Assembly: GCA_038858525.1 (NCBI GenBank)
Contig: JAWCFL010000011.1
Span: 1-32,000 of the forward strand
Reading direction: 5' to 3'
Length of the DNA stretch: 32,000 nt
Source of the DNA: Candidatus Jordarchaeales archaeon
GTDB taxonomy: Archaea; Asgardarchaeota; Jordiarchaeia; Jordiarchaeales; Freyrarchaeaceae
The notes beneath the pieces are model-generated. The model worked only from the letters and a program-made list of their open reading frames with translations. It did no database searches and had not been told where the DNA came from. The translations under genes and the position numbers were made by a program. This document shows, one piece after another, positions 23,501 through 32,000 of this stretch (the stretch's first letter is position 1; each line of letters opens with the position of its first letter).

Positions 23501-25035
23501 ATGGGTTAATCTTGAAAAACGGAGTGGTTTTCGACCCTCTTAACGGCATTGAAGGAGAAAAAATGGACATCATGGTTAAAGATGGCGTTGTGGTTGAACA
23601 AGTCAATGAGAGAGAGTGTAAAGTTATAGATGCAAAAAACATGATTGTAGTTCCGGGAGGCATAGACTGCCATACTCACATAGCATCCCAAATACTGAAT
23701 CTTGCGAGAATGACGAACGTAAGAATGCCACTACCTAAAGATGTCGGGGAAGCATATCTAAAAATAGGATACACGTTCGTGGTTGAAGCAGGCTTCCCTT
23801 TTTCAAAGGCGCTTCACACGCATATTGTGCTTGAGAGGTTACATTCTCTAGACAAAGCAGGCATACTGCTTCTCGACTCGAACTGGTTCATGGTTATGCT
23901 TGCTCAGGAAAAAAACGTGGAGGCGGCAGCAAAGACTATAGCGTGGCTTCTAAGGGCGTCCAAGGCTTATGGAGTCAAACTCGTTAATCCTCTGAGCTCG
24001 GAAGCTTGGACGTGGAAAAAGGAGTGGAAGGGTGTTAATGAAAAAATAAAGCATTTGGACATTAGTCCTCTAGAGTATTCCAAGTTTATCTTGTCAGCGC
24101 TTCAAAGGCTTAACCTGTTAAGCCCACTCTACCTGCATCCTAACGGGGCGGGTCAAGTTGGAGGCTACGAAGAAGCTATCGCAATGATGGATACGTTGGC
24201 AGAGGAGGGAAGAGTACACTTGGTACATGCTCATCTTTACACTCTTGGAAGCGAAAAAATATGCGCTGAGGAACTTGCAGAGCGCCTAAGTTCCAGTGAT
24301 AATTTGGAGGCGGATGCCGGTTGCATTACGCTTGACGGGGGCCCCGTAGTTTCTTACGACGCATATTTAACGAAAAGCGTTTCAAAGAAATTGAGGGTTG
24401 TGGAACAAGTAGAAATTGAAGGCTTGGCCGCGCTGGCAATAAGGGAAGCGGGGACGTGGAGGGAGTTTTTAGCGGCAGGCCTAAAGTTAATATTAAACAC
24501 GAGGGAACGCATGAAGGTTCAGTTGTCGTTAAACAACCCAAGTTGCGGGTCGCCATTAGAATACCCGCTCGTTTCAACGTGGCTGGTAAGTAGCAGGTCA
24601 AGGGGCTTCATGAATGTCGGAGGAGAATTGTCTCAAATTGAGGAGGAGTTAACTCTCCGAGACTTGTTCATCATAACTAGGAGCGCGCCAGCGGCATCTT
24701 TGAGGTTAAGTGGAAAGGGGCGACTATCAGTTGGTGCCGATGCAGACATAGCAGTCTACGACTTTAACCCGGAAACTATGGATCCAAGCAGAGACTACGA
24801 GAAGCTAATGAAGGCCTTTTCAAGAGCCGCCTACACAATAAAAAGCGGTGAGGTCATCGTCAAAGACGGGGAAGTTGTCGGTGAAACAAGGGGAAAGACG
24901 TTTTGGGTTAACAGTAAGAGTGAGCCTTCAGCAGAAGTGCTTTCTAGAATGGAGAGATATCTTTCATTTGATCCAAGACAGAGTGAAGCGGCTGATAAGG
25001 CTCTGAAGGGATTGTATCATTATGTTGAGGTGTGA
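23497..25035 (+). CDS. fwdA: Formylmethanofuran dehydrogenase subunit A-like amidohydrolase (divergent)
   Basis: VFDPLNGIEGEKMDI, PGGIDCHTH, GYTFVVEAG, GVKLVNP, LSVGADADIAVYD, AAYTIKSGEVIVKDGEVV. Confidence 0.8.
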   Translation: MNGLILKNGVVFDPLNGIEGEKMDIMVKDGVVVEQVNERECKVIDAKNMIVVPGGIDCHTHIASQILNLARMTNVRMPLPKDVGEAYLKIGYTFVVEAGFPFSKALHTHIVLERLHSLDKAGILLLDSNWFMVMLAQEKNVEAAAKTIAWLLRASKAYGVKLVNPLSSEAWTWKKEWKGVNEKIKHLDISPLEYSKFILSALQRLNLLSPLYLHPNGAGQVGGYEEAIAMMDTLAEEGRVHLVHAHLYTLGSEKICAEELAERLSSSDNLEADAGCITLDGGPVVSYDAYLTKSVSKKLRVVEQVEIEGLAALAIREAGTWREFLAAGLKLILNTRERMKVQLSLNNPSCGSPLEYPLVSTWLVSSRSRGFMNVGGELSQIEEELTLRDLFIITRSAPAASLRLSGKGRLSVGADADIAVYDFNPETMDPSRDYEKLMKAFSRAAYTIKSGEVIVKDGEVVGETRGKTFWVNSKSEPSAEVLSRMERYLSFDPRQSEAADKALKGLYHYVEV

Positions 25036-25038
25036 TGA

Positions 25039-25509
25039 ATGTCCAAGCTTAATGCTTATCAAGTATATAAGATGTTGCCGGGCATAAATTGCCAGAAGTG
25101 TGGAGAGCCTAACTGTATGGTTTTTGCCGTGAAGCTACTGAAGGGCGAAAAGCAGCCAGAGGACTGCACGCCACTAGTTGAGGATGAAAAATACAAAGGT
25201 AAGCTTCAACAACTGAAAGAGATATTTTCTCCCAAAGACGCTGTAGCTGAAACAGGACTTATAATTCACCCTGAAAAGTGTACTGGTTGCGGCAACTGCG
25301 TCGTAGGGTGCCCAGCAATAGCAGCAGAGTGCCCCCTCATAGGGAGCGGTAAGGGCGAGGTGAGGGACAACGTGGTTTTTAGAGTAGAGAACGGAAAAAT
25401 AAAGGTGGTTGATCTCACGAAGTGCAGAAGGTATGGTCCAATAAAGACTTGTCGAGTGTGCGAAATGTACTGTTTCAGCGGTGCCATAGAACTAAGAACA
25501 GTAGCCTAA
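25039..25509 (+). CDS. Fe-S protein: N-terminal FeS domain plus 4Fe-4S dicluster (FwdG/H-like)
   Basis: LPGINCQKCGEPNC..FA..L...CTPL; CTGCGNCVVGCP; CRVCEMYC. Confidence 0.8.
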   Translation: MSKLNAYQVYKMLPGINCQKCGEPNCMVFAVKLLKGEKQPEDCTPLVEDEKYKGKLQQLKEIFSPKDAVAETGLIIHPEKCTGCGNCVVGCPAIAAECPLIGSGKGEVRDNVVFRVENGKIKVVDLTKCRRYGPIKTCRVCEMYCFSGAIELRTVA

Positions 25510-25551
25510 GAATTAGGAGTACTTTAACTTAGGTTAAAGGGTGAAGGAAAC

Positions 25552-26844
25552 TTGAGGTTTAAAACGGTCTGCACTGGTTGTAGCCTTCTCTGCGACGACA
25601 TCATAGTTGATCTAGAGGGGGAAAAAATAGTTTCCACGTTTAATCTTTGCGGCCACGGTGAGGAGAAGTTTCTGAGAGCGCGTGGTACTGAAAGACTCCT
25701 TAAACCTTTTGTAAGAAGCCGGGATAGCGTGAGAGAGGTTTCCATCAGCGAAGCTATTGAGAAGGCGGCGGAGATCCTGCTAAATGCGGAAAGACCTGTT
25801 CTTTGGGGTTGGGGGTCTTCCTCTGTTGAGGCGCAAATAGCAGGAATAGAACTGGCACGTGAAATTGGAGGTGTGATTGATAGTACTGGGTCCATATGCC
25901 ATGGAATTACGTGGCTTGCTGCCTCGGAGAGCGGGTTATATACAGCCACACTAGGAGAGGTGATGAGCAGAGCTGACGTGGTTGTTTATTGGGGTAGTGA
26001 CCCTGGTCATTCGCATCCTCGCCATCTTAGCCGCTATAGTGTTCTTTCTAGAGGCATTTATACGCAGAGTGGCTATGAGCAAAGACGGGTCTATGTGTTC
26101 GACATAAGAAGAACAAGGGTGGGAAAAATTGCTAATGTTTTAATAGAGGTGGAGCCAAACAAGGATTATGAGTTGATAACAGCCATGCGACTTATTTTGA
26201 GAGGGAAAAAACTGCAATTTGATAGCGTTGCTGGTGTTCCTATTAAGACGATCGAGAAAGTAATACAAGAATGGAAGGAAAGGGACTTTGGCGTGGTGTT
26301 TTACGGCATGGGGTTGCTAGCCAGCCGAGGCAAGTACCGGAACTTAGAGGCACTTCTCAAATTGGTGTGGGAGATGAATGAATATACGAGCTTCGTAGCA
26401 CTACCAATGGCCGGGCACTTTAATACGATTGGATTTAACCATACTGCAACATGGGTTACGGGTCACCCTTCAGGTATAGATTTCAGTAGAGGCGCACCAT
26501 ACGCTAACCCTGGAGAAACGACTTTCGTCGAAATGCTTCAAAGAGGTGAAGTTGATGCTGCACTCATAATAGGCTCTAACCCCATGTCGAGTTTTCCAAC
26601 CGAACTGGCGAGAAAACTTTCCCAGATCCCCCTAATAGTCGTTGACTGCTTCAGGACGCTCACTGTAAAGCATGCAACAGTGGCAATCCCAACGGCCATA
26701 ACGGGAATAGAGGCGGGAGGCATAGCTTACAGGATGGACTCCGTCCCAATAATTTTGAGGGAGTTTCTTAGCCCGCCGGAAAGCATTCTCAGTGATGCGG
26801 ATATTATTCGAAGTATAATTGAAAAAGTAAAAAGAAAGAATTAA
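25552..26844 (+). CDS. fwdB: Formylmethanofuran dehydrogenase subunit B
   Basis: CTGCSLLCDDI, SICHG (metal-ligand Cys), TLGEV..RADVVVYWG, HPRHLSRYS, PMAGHFN, GIEAGGIAYRMDSVP. Confidence 0.92.
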   Translation: MRFKTVCTGCSLLCDDIIVDLEGEKIVSTFNLCGHGEEKFLRARGTERLLKPFVRSRDSVREVSISEAIEKAAEILLNAERPVLWGWGSSSVEAQIAGIELAREIGGVIDSTGSICHGITWLAASESGLYTATLGEVMSRADVVVYWGSDPGHSHPRHLSRYSVLSRGIYTQSGYEQRRVYVFDIRRTRVGKIANVLIEVEPNKDYELITAMRLILRGKKLQFDSVAGVPIKTIEKVIQEWKERDFGVVFYGMGLLASRGKYRNLEALLKLVWEMNEYTSFVALPMAGHFNTIGFNHTATWVTGHPSGIDFSRGAPYANPGETTFVEMLQRGEVDAALIIGSNPMSSFPTELARKLSQIPLIVVDCFRTLTVKHATVAIPTAITGIEAGGIAYRMDSVPIILREFLSPPESILSDADIIRSIIEKVKRKN

Positions 26845-26845
26845 A

Positions 26846-27397
26846 TTAAAGTGGAGTGACTAGAAACTTTACCACTAGGAAAGGATTAAAGGTTAAATGT
26901 CTTCTCAAGACACGTGCGCCGGACGGATAAAATAAAGTTAATGCACCTATTTTTTGCCCATAGAGCTTTATGAGAAGTTGCGATATGCGTCTTGCCTTTC
27001 TAGCTTGTGAGGCGAAGAGACGAGATGCTTGTGTTATATGAGGTTTAAGCATCAGGGAGTTACCGAAGAGGAAGAGGAAGGCGAGCGCAACAGCTAGAAA
27101 CGAGGAAAGCGGCAAAGTAAGATAGGATGGGAGAAACGGATATGTGAGAGTGAGGGAGAAAGATATAAAAATTAAGAGTAGAAGAAGACGGAAAGGTGTG
27201 CTACGCCTGTAGAAGTTCTGCATTTCCCTTAGTCCTCTAAGAAGCGGTTTAAGTTCGTGAATGTCAACATGCTGCTGCAAGAAAAGGTAGGCTTGGCGAG
27301 TTAACAGGATGCTAGAAAAGAGGGGAGGTTTAAGCGATGCGAAAGCGTCCAGTTCCTCGATGACACGCCTTACAAAGGCAACATCAAACGTATTCAT
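26846..27397 (-). CDS. Hypothetical membrane protein
   Basis: 183-aa ORF with two hydrophobic segments; co-oriented with the upstream gamma-CA and deacetylase genes. Confidence 0.55.
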   Translation of the reverse strand: MNTFDVAFVRRVIEELDAFASLKPPLFSSILLTRQAYLFLQQHVDIHELKPLLRGLREMQNFYRRSTPFRLLLLLIFISFSLTLTYPFLPSYLTLPLSSFLAVALAFLFLFGNSLMLKPHITQASRLFASQARKARRISQLLIKLYGQKIGALTLFYPSGARVLRRHLTFNPFLVVKFLVTPL

Positions 27398-27432
27398 ATG
27401 GACTCACTCATGCCAAAAGCTAAATCAGGGGT

Positions 27433-27969
27433 TTATTTTTCAGAGAAAAGCGTTATATATTCTTGGGCTAATTTCCTGTATGTTTCCACTCCCGCCTTAA
27501 TTATCTCAACCGTTTCTGGGGGGAGAGTTTTTTTGAGCTGAGCTGGCGCACCTACTATGAGGCTATTCGGGGGGAACTCTTTTCCCTCCGTGACTAAGGA
27601 TCCGGCGCCAACTATTGACCCTGAACCTATTTTTGCTCCGTTAAGTATTATGCTTCCCATACCTATCACTGTGCTGCTTCCGATAATGCAACCATGCAGA
27701 ACTGAATTATGGCCCACCACGACGTCGTCACCAATGCGACAAGGGTTACCGGGGTCTGCGTGAATAGTTACGTTATCTTGGATGTTCGTTCTCTCTCCGA
27801 TCTCTATGAGTTCAAGATCTCCACGTATAACGGCGCCAAACCATATGCTTGCGTCCCTCGCAACTCTAACATTACCTATTATTGTGGCGTTTGGAGCTAC
27901 AAAAACGGATGGGTGGAGCTGAGGCTTCTTGCCCATAAAAAGATAAACAGGCATTCGTGAATCCTCCAC
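27433..27969 (-). CDS. Gamma-class carbonic anhydrase family protein
   Basis: IRGD, NIQDNVTIH, VGHNSVLHGC: all three metal His present. Confidence 0.92.
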   Translation of the reverse strand: MEDSRMPVYLFMGKKPQLHPSVFVAPNATIIGNVRVARDASIWFGAVIRGDLELIEIGERTNIQDNVTIHADPGNPCRIGDDVVVGHNSVLHGCIIGSSTVIGMGSIILNGAKIGSGSIVGAGSLVTEGKEFPPNSLIVGAPAQLKKTLPPETVEIIKAGVETYRKLAQEYITLFSEK

Positions 27970-27984
27970 GACCAGAACAATTTC

Positions 27985-28827
27985 TTAAATGTTTCGATTT
28001 GTCTTTTTAAGGTATTCTCCTATAGGAAGAAAAGAGACACCCTTGTCTTCGAGATACGCTATGAGACGGTAAAGTAGGGAAACGTTCTCCTGCACTTGCC
28101 GAGGTGAGAGCTTCAAGTTAGATGAGATCCTGTATGCAAAATGCCATGCGTGAGTTGATATCATCAGTAAGCCACCATCGTCGTTCGCTATGTACGTATC
28201 CAGTATATGTTTAAATTCGTCGAAACTTCTTTTTCCCTCATGTAAAGTCCAAGTATAGAGCGTCGCCTTCCTTTCGTTTAAGGGGTATAATGGGAGGGGG
28301 ACCTCAAACAATTTGCACCCTAAAAGGTATGGGTGAGGAGGCTTAAACGACTCCGAGTATATAGAAGAGTCATACTTGTAATCTAGAGACCTCAGAATTT
28401 CACCTAGATTGGGTGTAGTGGACAAGTATGGTGCTCTGAAGCCTACAGGCTTTAACCCTGTGATTTCTGATATTATCTCTGTGGCTTTTCTTATCAGCGC
28501 CAGCTGTTGAAGTGGGGGTATTGGAACACCAGTGTATTTTCCGGCGAGATCTTCGTGATCCAAACCGTGGCATCCAACCTCATTTTTCGTAACGACTCCG
28601 AGTAACGCTTCATCATGAGCACATATGTGCTGAAGCGCTCTGGCTTCAACGAAAAAAGTCACCTTTAGACTTATTTCTTCCAGCATGTTGGAAAGCGCCT
28701 TCAGCCCCCTAATCGTACAAGTGAAGCTAGGCTTACATTCAGGAGAGTAACTGGCTGCCTTTAGCGTCCCACTTACAGGAACAGGGTAGTCACGGTCTAA
28801 GTCGATTGTGAGAGCGACGTAAGGCAT
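27985..28827 (-). CDS. Polysaccharide deacetylase family (NodB-like) protein
   Basis: LTIDLDRD, VTFFVE, EVGCHGLDHE, GFRAPYL, YKYDSS, ISTHAW. Confidence 0.82.
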   Translation of the reverse strand: MPYVALTIDLDRDYPVPVSGTLKAASYSPECKPSFTCTIRGLKALSNMLEEISLKVTFFVEARALQHICAHDEALLGVVTKNEVGCHGLDHEDLAGKYTGVPIPPLQQLALIRKATEIISEITGLKPVGFRAPYLSTTPNLGEILRSLDYKYDSSIYSESFKPPHPYLLGCKLFEVPLPLYPLNERKATLYTWTLHEGKRSFDEFKHILDTYIANDDGGLLMISTHAWHFAYRISSNLKLSPRQVQENVSLLYRLIAYLEDKGVSFLPIGEYLKKTNRNI

Positions 28828-28973
28828 TGTTAGCGCCCCTATACAGCTCTGTTCAGGAAGATGAAGCGTTAAAATCTTTTAAAAATGCTTGCGTCACTAA
28901 GGACGAGGTTTTTTAGCAAAACGCTCATCGTTATAAACGAGAGTTTCCAAATACATTTAGGAGGTCTTTAACC

Positions 28974-29834
28974 TTGGTTGCCAAAATCATTGATGGACGT
29001 AGCATTGCAGCTGAAGTCAGGAGACAGGTAGCTGAAGAAGCTAAGCTACTTTGGGAGAAGCACGGCGTACGCCCAGGATTAGCTGCTATTTTAATAGGTA
29101 ATGACCCTGCCTCAGAAGTTTACGTTGGCTTAAAGCAGAAAGCCTGTGAGGAGGCAGCTTTCACTTTTAGGAGAATAACATTACCAGAGAATGTAAGTGA
29201 GGAAGAGGTTATTGAGCGCGTTCATAAGCTTAACGTTGATGAGCGCATACATGGAGTTATAGTTCAGCTTCCATTACCACGCCATTTGAATGAAAACAGA
29301 ATAATAGAAGCGCTCTTACCCGAAAAGGATGCGGATGGTCTTCACCCAGCTAACATGGGGCGCCTCCTATTAGGTGATGAAAGCGTTACTCCATGCACGC
29401 CTACCGGGATAATTACTCTCCTCGAAAGGGAAGGGGTCACCCTCCGAGGGAAGCATGTTGTTATAGTTAACAGAAGCAAAATAGTCGGCCGCCCATTAAT
29501 GGTCATGATGCTTAATAGAGACGCCACAGTCACCGTGTGCCACTCTAAAACCGTTAACCTCGCAGAGCAAACAAAAGCCGCAGATATCTTGGTTGTCGCC
29601 GTAGGAAGACCGATGTTCATTACGGAGGATATGGTGAGAGAGGGAGCCATTGTGATTGATGTGGGGATTAACAGGGTTGAGGGGAGAATAGTGGGGGATG
29701 TTGATTTTGAGAGAGTAAAGGAGAAGGCTGCTGCCATAACGCCTGTTCCTGGCGGTGTGGGCCCTATGACTGTGGCGTTGCTCTTGATGAACGTGCTTAA
29801 AGCTGCTAAACGCAGCGTAGAAAAAATTAGGTAG
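28974..29834 (+). CDS. folD: Methylene-THF dehydrogenase/cyclohydrolase
   Basis: IIDGR, PGLAAILIGNDPASEVYV, QLPLP, EKDADG, PCTP, RSKIVGRP, DVGINR, ITPVPGGVGPMT. Confidence 0.97.
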   Translation: MVAKIIDGRSIAAEVRRQVAEEAKLLWEKHGVRPGLAAILIGNDPASEVYVGLKQKACEEAAFTFRRITLPENVSEEEVIERVHKLNVDERIHGVIVQLPLPRHLNENRIIEALLPEKDADGLHPANMGRLLLGDESVTPCTPTGIITLLEREGVTLRGKHVVIVNRSKIVGRPLMVMMLNRDATVTVCHSKTVNLAEQTKAADILVVAVGRPMFITEDMVREGAIVIDVGINRVEGRIVGDVDFERVKEKAAAITPVPGGVGPMTVALLLMNVLKAAKRSVEKIR

Positions 29835-29844
29835 GAGGGGTGGC

Positions 29845-31380
29845 ATGAAGGCCAAGCGCGCGCTTATAAGCGTGTGGGATAAGAGAGGCATACTTGAGTT
29901 AGCTAAAGCACTTCATGAAATGGGTATTGAGATAGTTGCAACCGAGGGTACTGCTAAGGCGCTCGAAGGAGTGCCTGTGAGGAGGATATCAGAACTAACA
30001 GGGTTTACCGAGATGCTAGACGGCAGAGTCAAGAGCCTGCACCCTCACGTTTACAGTGCTATTCTGGCTAGAAATAAAGAGGAAGATTTGAGGCAACTCA
30101 GGAAGATGGGGATAGAGCCCATAGACATCGTAATTGTTAACCTTTACCCTTTCATGGAAGTGGCAGCAAAAAATGAGGAACTAGACTTACTCGTGGAGAA
30201 CATTGATATTGGAGGAGTGAGCCTGGTCAGGGCCGCCGCGAAAAACTTCGAGAGAGTTACTGTTGTTGTTGACCCGGAGGACTACAATTTGATTCTTGAA
30301 GAATTGAAGAAGTATGGAGGAGTGCGAGAGGAAACTAGGAGAAGACTTGCGGTAAAGGCGTTCGCGTATACTTCAGGGTATGACGATGCCATAACGCAGG
30401 CGCTCTCCAGCAGGCTCCTAGGGAAGGGAGAAATGCCGGACATACTTACTTTAAGGTTCGCTAAAGTACAGGACTTAAGGTATGGAGAAAACCCGCATCA
30501 GAAAGCTGCGCTCTACAAGGAAATCGCCTCAATTGTTAGTGGAGCAGTTGTCGACGCTGTGCAACTTCAAGGCAAGGAGCTCTCGTTTAACAACATTCTT
30601 GACCTAAACGCAGCACTCGAGATTATAAGGGAGTTTTCAAAACCAATGGCGGTTGTAATTAAGCACACGAACCCGTGCGGAGCAGCAACAGGTGAAACGA
30701 TACGTGATGCTTACGTGAGGGCTAGGGAAAGCGACCCTGTATCGGCATACGGTAGCATAGTGGGCTTAAACGGGAAAGTAGATCTTGATACGGCAAGGGA
30801 GATTACTTCAACATTCGTCGAGGCGGTCATTGCACCCGGCTATACAGAAGACGCTTTAGAGGAGCTTAAAAAGAAGGAGAGCTTAAGGGTGCTTATGCTG
30901 CCCACCATTAAAAGGCGGGAGGCAGGCATCGACTTCAGAAGGGTAGTCGGCGGGTTACTTGTCCAAAGTGAAGACTTGACTGAGGAAGACTTTCCAGATT
31001 TTAAAGTTGTTAGTGCCAGAGAGCCAACGGAGAGAGAAGTCCAATCGGCATTGTTCGGATGGAGGATAGTCAAACACGTGAAGTCGAACGCAATAGTGAT
31101 CGCCAATGGGGAGTGGGTTGTAGGAGTAGGAGCAGGACAGATGAGCAGGGTGGACTCAGCGAAGATCGCGCTAGAGAAAGCGGGAGGCAGAGCAAAGGGA
31201 GGAGTGCTTGCGTCAGACGGCTTCATTCCCTTCAGGGATACTGTTGACGCCGCCGCCGAGGCAGGGGTAACATGTATTATACAGCCTGGTGGTTCCAAAA
31301 GAGACGAAGAAGTTATAGAGGCGGCAAACGAGCACGGTATGGCCATGATCCATACAGGCATAAGGCACTTCAAGCACTAG
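29845..31380 (+). CDS. purH: Bifunctional AICAR formyltransferase / IMP cyclohydrolase
   Basis: RALISVWDK, GRVKSLHP, ENIDIGG, LRYGENPHQ, KHTNPCG, HVKSNAIV, GAGQMSRVDS, ASDGF, IQPGGS. Confidence 0.97.
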   Translation: MKAKRALISVWDKRGILELAKALHEMGIEIVATEGTAKALEGVPVRRISELTGFTEMLDGRVKSLHPHVYSAILARNKEEDLRQLRKMGIEPIDIVIVNLYPFMEVAAKNEELDLLVENIDIGGVSLVRAAAKNFERVTVVVDPEDYNLILEELKKYGGVREETRRRLAVKAFAYTSGYDDAITQALSSRLLGKGEMPDILTLRFAKVQDLRYGENPHQKAALYKEIASIVSGAVVDAVQLQGKELSFNNILDLNAALEIIREFSKPMAVVIKHTNPCGAATGETIRDAYVRARESDPVSAYGSIVGLNGKVDLDTAREITSTFVEAVIAPGYTEDALEELKKKESLRVLMLPTIKRREAGIDFRRVVGGLLVQSEDLTEEDFPDFKVVSAREPTEREVQSALFGWRIVKHVKSNAIVIANGEWVVGVGAGQMSRVDSAKIALEKAGGRAKGGVLASDGFIPFRDTVDAAAEAGVTCIIQPGGSKRDEEVIEAANEHGMAMIHTGIRHFKH

Positions 31381-31400
31381 GCGTACGAGGAAGGGAGAAT

Positions 31401-32000
31401 TTGCCTGCACCACTAGAAGGGATTACCGTCCTAGATTTAACTAGGCTTCTCCCTGGTCCCTTCTGCTCAATGATTTTAGGAGACTTGGGAGCAAATGTGA
31501 TAAAAATCGAGTCAGTACGGTTAGGCGACTGGACGAGGTGGGTTCCACCTTTTATCCAGAGTGAAAGCGCTATTTTTCTTTCCGTTAACAGAAACAAGAA
31601 AAGTGTAACTTTAAACCTGAGGAGCGAAGAAGGACTTGAAATATTCTATAGGATGGTTAGGAGGAGCGATGTGATCCTTGAGGGGTTTAGGCCGGGCGTG
31701 GCTAGAAGGCTTAGAATAGATTATGATACAGTGAGGAAAATTAACCCACGAATAGTATACTGCTCTATTTCGGGCTTCGGCCAGAACGGACCTTACGCTG
31801 AGAGAAGTGGACACGACGTCAATTATGTAGGAATAGGGGGAGTACTCGATTTAACGGGAGTGAGGGATGAGCCACCTGTTATTCCCGGAGTGCCGATAGC
31901 TGACTTGGCAGGCGGCATGGCTGGAGTAATCGGCGTGCTAGCAGCCCTCTTGGCTAGAGAAAAAACAGGTGTAGGCCAGTATGTTGACGTTTCAATGCTG
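31401..32000 (+). CDS. Family III CoA-transferase (CaiB/BaiF), partial, runs off window
   Basis: Manual translation from TTG 31401: MPAPLEGITVLDLTRLLPGPFCSMILGDLGANVIKIE...NRNKKSVTLNL...EGFRPG...SISGFGQNGPY...GHDVNY; absent from the ORF track because there is no stop in the window. Confidence 0.92.
   Translation, partial: MPAPLEGITVLDLTRLLPGPFCSMILGDLGANVIKIESVRLGDWTRWVPPFIQSESAIFLSVNRNKKSVTLNLRSEEGLEIFYRMVRRSDVILEGFRPGVARRLRIDYDTVRKINPRIVYCSISGFGQNGPYAERSGHDVNYVGIGGVLDLTGVRDEPPVIPGVPIADLAGGMAGVIGVLAALLAREKTGVGQYVDVSML

Noticed and set aside
2515-31814. Numerous antisense or alternative-frame ORFs of 60-180 aa (e.g. 2515-2880, 3112-3480, 9833-10459 group, 20310-20708, 30840-31373, 31370-31814)
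   Set aside because: All shadow well-supported genes and carry no recognisable motifs
1-32000. CRISPR array, transposase, integrase or prophage
   Set aside because: No regularly spaced repeats or mobile-element proteins seen; the tRNA flanks show no att-like duplication

Overview
Archaeal chromosomal DNA, probably a thermophile with Wood-Ljungdahl-type genes (TACK/Asgard-like; lineage cannot be fixed from this window). Left to right: 3' end of 23S rRNA, T2SS-F/wHTH/divergent Cdc6 genes, a his operon (hisD-C-HAD-B-H-A-F-IE, no hisG), ilvE, two convergent tRNAs, gamma-carbonic-anhydrase-like gene, archaeosine genes (RaSEA, arcS), beta-CASP nuclease, class III RNR with thioredoxin-like partner, rlmE, queD-DUF366-queE, an fwdD-A-(FeS)-B cluster, a deacetylase group, folD, purH and a partial family III CoA-transferase. 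The main result is pervasive bulge-helix-bulge (BHB) introns. tRNA-Met(CAT) parses with four and tRNA-Thr(TGT) with three. The protein-coding gene queE is interrupted by two frame-breaking introns (22 and 19 nt) and a probable in-frame one (15 nt); cutting at canonical BHB positions restores the QueE motifs SYQGEG, RRTIFIRF and WCDT. A strong local keto (G+T vs A+C) strand skew flips at the stable-RNA loci. All structures were folded by hand; novelty claims need database and literature checks that I could not run.
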